The position numbers and the translations under genes are program-made. Below are positions 56,522-64,000 of a DNA stretch of 64,000 nt, piece by piece. The stretch spans positions 59,892,001 through 59,956,000 of the forward strand of contig NC_043007.1 of the NCBI RefSeq assembly GCF_006345805.1. The letters run 5' to 3'. The stretch is from Octopus sinensis. Taxonomy: Eukaryota. Within the stretch, counting starts at the first letter, position 1. Each line of letters begins with the position of its first letter. The notes beneath the pieces are model-generated. The model did no database searches. It was not told where the DNA came from and worked only from the letters and a program-made list of their open reading frames with translations.

Positions 56522-58171
56522 TTCTTTATTGGCCACACAGGGTTAAACACAGAAGGGACAAAGTAGAGCTTTTCTTTTTGGGAAGAAGAGAAGAGGAAAA
56601 AAAGAAAAACGAAGAAAAGAGGGGAGCGAATTCTGATCAAAAGGGATCGTGAAAAAATATTAGATAAATATAGACGTGTGTGTGTGTGTGTGTGTGTCCA
56701 CCACCACTACTTCACAACCGGCGTTGGTGTGTTAATGTCCTTGAAACTTAGACGGCAAAAGAGACTGATAGAATTAGTACTTGGGTCAACACATTCGATA
56801 AAAGTTCTTCAAGGCAGTGTTTCAGTATGGCTGCAGCTAAAGACTTCTATAGGCCAAATATAAAATGTGTGTGTTTGTTTTAATATCAAGTCATATATAA
56901 AACACCTTAACATTAAATACAAGCTTGCTCGCCTTCCTCAATGAACCTGAGGTTATACGGAATGACGTTGAAACCGACTCGTTTTCTCGAAGCAAACTTT
57001 TAAACCATTCGGCCATACTGTGCCTACACATACATACATATATACGTACGAGGTGGTGCTGATAGGTTCCTGGCTTTAAGGGTGCCGCGAAAGGCCTAGT
57101 TGGAGGCCCAACCTTCAGAGTTCTTTTACAAGGCTTAGAAAAACTGAAGAACTGCCGCAATAAGCGTGTAAATCTGAGAGGGGAATATATTGAATAAAAT
57201 TATGATTAACTGATCATCATGTATTTTCTTTTACATAAAGCTCCGAATTTTTCAGTACCCTCTCGCATACAAACATGTATATGTTTGTGTGCGTGCATGT
57301 GTATGTGCGAATATCTGTCCCAAATTTGGCGTATACACACTGCGCCCATATTCGTTGTTATTTTTCCTGGGATGCATGTAACACGGCCAAATTCCACAGC
57401 TATTTACGTGATCAACTATTTATATGACTCAGTCTTTGGACGTGGAGGTAGCACGCATTATACTGCGCAGAATATTCAGTGTCAATCCTGAACAAGGTTT
57501 TCCCACCAATCTATAAACAAACTACATTTGCACGATATAGGTTAGGCTATACCTCTCTAGACCTCTTTATATTCACCTGCAGGTGTGTCTATCTAAATTT
57601 TTAATGTTTTCTATAAAACTAAATAAATTGAAATCTTAAACACATTTCTTGCCTGCAGGTATATACCTCTTTTTCTGTCCCTCTCTTTCTCTTTCTCTCT
57701 CCCTCTCTCTCTCTCTCTTACTCTCCTCTCTCCCCCTCTTTCTCTCTTTCTCTAAACATACACACACACAAACACACTCAATTCTGGAATTGCGCAACAC
57801 GTATTCATTATGTATTGTAGAGCTTATTAATGTAATCGAAAATCAAGGCATTGTTTCGGATATATAAATATAGATATTGTAATATATATATGAATGTGTG
57901 TGTATATGCGTGTGTGTGTGTGTGCGTATTTGTGTGTGTGTATGTGTCTGTATGTGTGTGCGTGTGTCTATTATGTATATGTACATACATACATACATAC
58001 ATACATACATACATACATACATACATACACATATATATATATGACGTGATCACGTGACCGACCAGACCATCAGATGTTGTTACACATCGCTGGTCACAAT
58101 GCGTTCGCATTGTTTTAGCCTTTGAACGACGCCACCCCGCTGGCTAAGCGAGCAGACCATATATATATATA

Positions 58172-58397
58172 GGCGGCGAGCTGGCAGAAACGGTAGCACG
58201 CCGGGCGAAATGCGTAGCCGTATTTCGTCTGCCGTTACGTTCTGAGTTCAGATTCCGCCGAGGTTGACTTTGCCTTTCATCCTTTTGGGGTCGATAAATT
58301 AAGTACCAGTTACGCACTGGGGTCGATGGAATCGACTTAATCCCTTTGTCTGTCCTTGTTTGTCCCCTCTATGTTTAGCCCCTTGTGGGTAGTAAAG

Positions 58398-58398
<1 letters not shown>
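58172..58398 (+). mobile_element. Full-length OK-like tRNA SINE
   Basis: GGCGGCGAGCTGGCAGAA head, GAGTTCAGATTCC B-box-like; many related fragments across the window. Confidence 0.9.
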
Positions 58399-58435
<37 letters not shown>

Positions 58436-59299
58436 GGGGGAGAGAGACACATACATACATACATACATACATACATGCATACATACATACATGTATATAA
58501 ACATGTGGGTGTATGTGTTATTACGTGTTATTGTCAAGGTAGGTGAATTTAAACATAGATGCAGGTGAAGGTGAAAATGAAATCTACAAATGATAAAAGC
58601 CATCAACTGGCTCTTCTATATGTGTCAATTAGATCTCCTGCCCTGCACCAACAGTCAGGATGAGCTCCGCTGCACTCTGACAATGAGATACATTTCCTTG
58701 GTAACCTTGTGTTCAATAGTGTTCATCAGAATTGAGGGTCCGTAGAGATCCCACTGGATCACATGCTATTGTGGGTCACCAACGCCTTTACCACATACTC
58801 TCTTGCTATTTAAAAGTGACAACAAATACAAGGGGTAACCCATGCACTGCTAGTAGAGTGTGTAACACACTAGCTCTGTCGAGTCTTCTCGGCTGATTCT
58901 CGACCTTAAGGACGATGAAAGCACACAGCCGACCACATATTAGGCAAAGTTTCTTCCAACTTCTTTCCCGATAGCATAAGTGGGTCTGTTTAATTGTCAG
59001 TTATTTTTTCTGTTTAATATTTTTTTTTTTAATCTGTTTTGTCTTTTCAACAATTTCAAAAATCAAACAAATTCGCGAGAGTTTTTATGTATTCGCCACC
59101 GCCACCAGACGTGACCATACTGAACAATTAATAAAGGTTGTTTATAAAAATATGTGAATACAAAGTCAAAGGAAAAGTCGACTACGGTAGAATGTGAATT
59201 GAGAACGTAAAGAGCGGTAAGAAATGCCGCTGAGAATTTAGAACGACGTACAAATGAGTCTGCCAACTTGGCTTCTTAATAATAACAGTCCCAAATAAT

Positions 59300-59640
59300 A
59301 AGAAAGTTAATATGAGAAGAAAACAGAGAAAAACAAAATACCAGGACTTAGCCATTAAGTTAAAAAGGCTATGGAAAGCGCGGGTAAAATATATTCTTGT
59401 AATTATAGATGCATTAGGAATTATCCCTAAAGATTTGAACAGATGGATAGAAAAAATAAATTTAAAACTTAGTTCAGTACAGCTTCAGAAAACAGTATTA
59501 TTAGGGACAGCTAAGATACTTAGGAGGGTTCTTGGCGTCTGAGGTTACTTGTTGCAGCTCGATGTTAGGAATTTTTCTTTTCTGACAGTTTAATCTGTTG
59601 TGACCTCAGTGGAAATTTGACGTTTTAATAATCATTTCTA
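59300..59640 (+). mobile_element. REL-LINE 3' end
   Basis: KYQDLAIKLKRLWK..IIDALG..LQKTVLLGTAKILRRVL. Confidence 0.85.
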
Positions 59641-59842
59641 CTATAGAGGCAAGGCCTGAAATTTTGTGGGAGGGAACTAGTCAATTACATCAGCCCCAGT
59701 GTTTCGCTGGTAACTTTTATCTACTCCTAAAGAATAAAGGGCAAAGTTGACTTCGATGGGATTTGAACTCAGAACTTAAAGACGGACGAAATGATGCGAA
59801 GCATTTTGCCAGGTGGGCTAGCCATTCTGCCAGCTTGCCTCC

Positions 59843-59899
<57 letters not shown>

Positions 59900-60085
59900 G
59901 TTTGCCACAAGAGCGGCAATTTTGGAGTAAGGTATGAGTTCAACGTACTTAATTTATCGATGAAAGGTATGAAAGGACGAAAGGTAAAGTCCACCTCGGC
60001 GGAATTTGAAATCAGAACATAGAGACGGGTGAAATGCTGCTTAACATTTAGTCCGGCGCACTAACGATTCTGTCAGCTCACCGCC

Positions 60086-60143
<58 letters not shown>

Positions 60144-60339
60144 TTTCATTATTTGCCACAAGGGTGAAGCATGAGGGGGACAATACAAAGACAGACATAA
60201 AGCGTGGTGGGTTGGTTACATATAATGAAATGATAAAAAAAAAGTAAGCATATACGGTATACATTGAAAAAGAAGGGACATATGCATAGCGTAAAAACAT
60301 TTAAAAAAAAGATGCGTTGGGAACAGTAAGCAAAGATAT

Positions 60340-60545
60340 AGACAAATGGGCGACATAGATCGGAATAGAATGCCCGGTAGAACTCCTACAGAAAGTTTGT
60401 CTCTAGAGGACAGGAAAGATTATCAGGAGGTTTCTAAGCACTTGAAATACTGCTGAAAACTTCTGGATACCTAAGGTTACAGGTAGAAATCCCCTACCTA
60501 CATAACTCCTACAAGGAATAAGACCAAACCTGAGCCGACCCAAAA
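60340..60545 (+). mobile_element. REL-LINE extreme 3' end with (AAT)n tail
   Basis: GIECPVELLQKVCL..GKIIRRFL, similar to 37530-37620. Confidence 0.65.
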
Positions 60546-60764
60546 TAATAATAATAATAATGATGATAATAATAATAATAATAATAATAATCGCTTCTAC
60601 TAAGGGCACAAGGACTGAAATTTGGGGGAGGGAGCTAGTCGATTACATCGACTCCAATGTTTCACTGGTACTTAATTTATCGACCCCGAAAGGATGAAAG
60701 GCAAATCGGCCTCAGGCGGAAATTTAACTCAGAACGTCGCCACGGACGAAATACCTATTTCTTT

Positions 60765-60975
60765 ACTACCCACAAGGGGCTAAACACAGAGAGGAGGAAC
60801 AAGGACAGACAAACAGATTAAATCGATTATATCGACCCCAGTGCGTAACTGGTACTTATTTAATCGACCCCGAAAGGATGAAAGGCAAAGTCGACCTCGG
60901 CGGAATTTGAACGCAGAACGTAACGGCAGACGAATTACGGCTACGCATTTCGCCCGGCGTGCTAACGATTCTGCC
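60765..60975 (-). mobile_element. OK-like SINE within a stack of SINE fragments (60590-61050)
   Basis: Matches 31283-31500. Confidence 0.88.
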
Positions 60976-61051
60976 AGCTTGCCGCCCTCCACGGGCGTAA
61001 TACCGCTACACATTTCGTCCAACGTGCTCACGATTCTGTCAGCTTACCGCC

Positions 61052-61111
<60 letters not shown>

Positions 61112-61696
61112 TCTTACCCTGGCTCACCTACCATATACACTCATCGACACAGAGAAGGGAAGAAAGTGAACATAAAAGTTAAAAATTCTTTTAAAAAACA
61201 ATTGCAATAAATCTAAAATTAATAATAATGAAAAAAGAAAACCAGCATCTTCAGCTTATTTCGGTTATTGATTTTAATACACACTGAACAGTCTACTTCA
61301 GTTCACATTGTTTTTCATCGTTCACGTATGAAGAGAGTTCTGCAATTACTGACGTGGTGCTTGGAGAATCGCTAGGGCTTTTCTATTTTTGGCAGACTTG
61401 TGGTTGCAGTAAAAATCAATAACCAACTGTCGTACATCGAATTGTTTTGGTTTCGTTTTCCAATTTCTCTACCTTTATGTATGCATTTTCTGTTTATTTA
61501 TTTATATTCTTTCGATATCTACTTTTCGTAGTATTAAATTAGTGAATAAAAACTAGTACATGAAAGCGTAAGTCAGAAAAAGAAATTATATATATAATTT
61601 TGCCTTTAATATAAGAAACTATGATATATGTATATATAATTTTTGCCTGATATATGTGTATGTGTGTGTGTGTGTATACATGTATTATTTTTGCCT

Positions 61697-61734
<38 letters not shown>

Positions 61735-61735
<1 letters not shown>

Positions 61736-62130
61736 AGGTGTAGCGGTAGCTGTGTGGTAAGAAGCTTGCTTTCTAACCACATGGTTCTGGGTTCAGTCCC
61801 AGTGCGTGGTACCGTGCGCAGGTGTCTTCTACCATAGCCTCGAGCCGATTAAAGCCTTGTGAGGGGATTTAGTAGACGGAAACTGAAAGAAGCCCGTTGT
61901 ATATATATATACGTGTGTATGTGTTTGTGCTTGTGTTTGTCCCCACATCGCTTAACAGCCGATGTTGGTGAGTTTACGTCCCTGTAACATAGCGGTTCGG
62001 TAAAAGACACCGTTAGGATAAGTACTTGGCTTACAGAGAATAAGTCTTGGAGTCAATTTCTTCAACTAAAAGCTCCTTAAGGTGGTGCTCCAGTATGGCC
62101 GAAGTCAAATGACTGAAACAAGCAAATGAA
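61735..62130 (+). mobile_element. Full-length OR-like tRNA SINE
   Basis: Same layout as 20335-20730. Confidence 0.85.
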
Positions 62131-62828
62131 TATATATATATCTATACCATAATGGAGAAAGCTGCTTATTAATTAGGTATGTAACCATTACTAAAAGTAC
62201 TAAAAGAAAGCAATTATTAAAGGGTTGACCGTCCGGAAATATTTTCATGTACTAAGAAATTGCCTATAATTTCGATTTCTCAAGTTTCTTGAATTTTTTC
62301 AACTCCAATTTCTCGTAAATTTAAACATTCATTGCATTCACTGCGGAGTATTCCATTTTCATTTGCAAAGTCTCTCACTTTATCTTTTAAGTTTTCATTC
62401 GCTATTTGGAAAACCGACAGTTTATTCTATTAATGTATACGTAATTTATTATTTATTTTATGAAAATTTTTAAAATACCCGTATAATTTTTGGACGCGGG
62501 GTAGCTGTAAGAAGAGCCTAGAAAGTTGGGTAATTACTATTAGAAGACGAGGAGAAAAAATAGCTACCGACAAGTACTCGAAACTTGCTCCTTCTTCGCA
62601 GTTTCCAAACACTCTGTACCACTAAGCCAATATATACACAAGCAAGTTGCACGAGCGACTTCAACAGTGACACACTCGCACACACACATAGATATGCATA
62701 CACACAAATGAAAGGCAATGAATGTGTGTGTGTGTTTGTGGGTGTGTCTCTGTGTGTGTGTGTGTGTGGTGTGTGTGTGTGTGGTGTGTGTGTGTGTGTG
62801 TGCGTGCGTGCGTGCGTGTATTTGTTTG

Positions 62829-62900
62829 CTGTTCACTGACAAAACTTCGTGCTGCATTACTTTTGCGAAGTTTTGTAAGTGAAGTTTTGTCAGTGAACAG
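62829..62900. repeat. Perfect 20-bp inverted repeat with 32-nt spacer
   Basis: CTGTTCACTGACAAAACTTC / GAAGTTTTGTCAGTGAACAG. Confidence 0.9.
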
Positions 62901-63080
62901 GTTGCGGTTTCAAAGCGAAGAAATTATTTTGACACAACTGAAATTTTAATGTTAAAGTGAAACTGGTACTTCTTAAATCAAGAAGTCCCTTAACGGTACT
63001 ACATAAATACAGAGGTACTACTTAAATACAGGTATTACATACAAAACATTAAAAATTTACGCTGTGTGGACGTGTAATGA

Positions 63081-63150
63081 CACCCTAACCCTAATCCACC
63101 CTAAAACTAAACCTAACCTTAACCCTAAAAACTAACCCTAAAACTAACCA
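63081..63150. repeat. Degenerate (CCCTAA)-like interstitial telomeric array
   Basis: CCCTAACCCTAATCCACCCTAAAACTAAACCTAACCTTAACCCTAAAAACTAACCCTAAAACTAACC. Confidence 0.65.
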
Positions 63151-63511
63151 TCCCCTTCATATCATTATGTATTTAAGAAATGCCGTTCCCACCAATTGTT
63201 TTTGTGAGGAAGGCAGCATGTGCAGCAAATTGACCAGTGTATGTACTGAATTGCCCAGTCATGCTTTTGCAAGTATTCTTTTGGTACCAGTCTGCTGCGT
63301 CCAAAAATTATGTGGTCAATTGTCTCTGGGTGGTCTCTGCATATGCGACGTGATGAGATGCCTTCATATTTCAGAACATTATTCTAGTAACTCCTTGTTG
63401 GAGTGCACAAATATACACGCACACGCAAGGATAAGCTTATACAGTAAGTATATATGTGCAATAGAGATGCAGTAATACAAGCTGTAACATATATTTAATA
63501 AATATATGTGC

Positions 63512-63551
<40 letters not shown>

Positions 63552-63822
63552 TATGTATGTGTGTGTGTGTGGTGTGTGTGTGTGTATGTGTGTGTATGTA
63601 TGTATATATATGCAGTGATATATAGGTGCAGGGATTATATGCTTTAGATATGACCCCACATGTTATATATTTGTTTAATTTATATCAAACATCAAAATAA
63701 TATTACATCTAAGACAAACCTTAAAGCCATAAATAACAAGAAACGCCATTGTTTTCTACTCTTGTCAGTTGATATATGAACTGCTTTAGTTTTACGTTTC
63801 TAATTTCCCCGGAACTTTGGGC

Positions 63823-63897
<75 letters not shown>

Positions 63898-63908
63898 TAT
63901 TATATATA

Positions 63909-63956
<48 letters not shown>

Positions 63957-64000
63957 TATATATATTATATATATATATATGTATGCATGTATGTATATAT

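Overview
Repeat-saturated, AT-rich eukaryotic DNA. The SINE families and microsatellite load resemble an octopus (coleoid cephalopod) genome; this is recognition, not a database match. No complete host gene is visible, and most supplied ORFs are translated microsatellites. Recognisable coding remnants are retroelements (R4/Dong-type and other REL-endonuclease LINEs, L1/Tx1, RTE) and DNA transposons (mariner, maT-like, piggyBac-like, Helitron-like). One candidate host exon or promoter lies at about 14.4-14.6 kb, a 100-N gap at 17197-17296, and a ~4-kb tandem duplication at 49758-57845. The most interesting signal is a set of unrelated short non-coding elements lodged in (TA)n or (AAT)n microsatellites that carry Penelope-type type I hammerhead ribozyme folds. 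Two have intact cores and stems (45452-45528 and 46487-46532, both minus strand). One of these appears to be the tail of a tRNA-headed SINE. Another hammerhead fold sits at the centre of a foldback element with ~100-bp inverted repeats. All RNA structures were folded by eye, and activity is untested.
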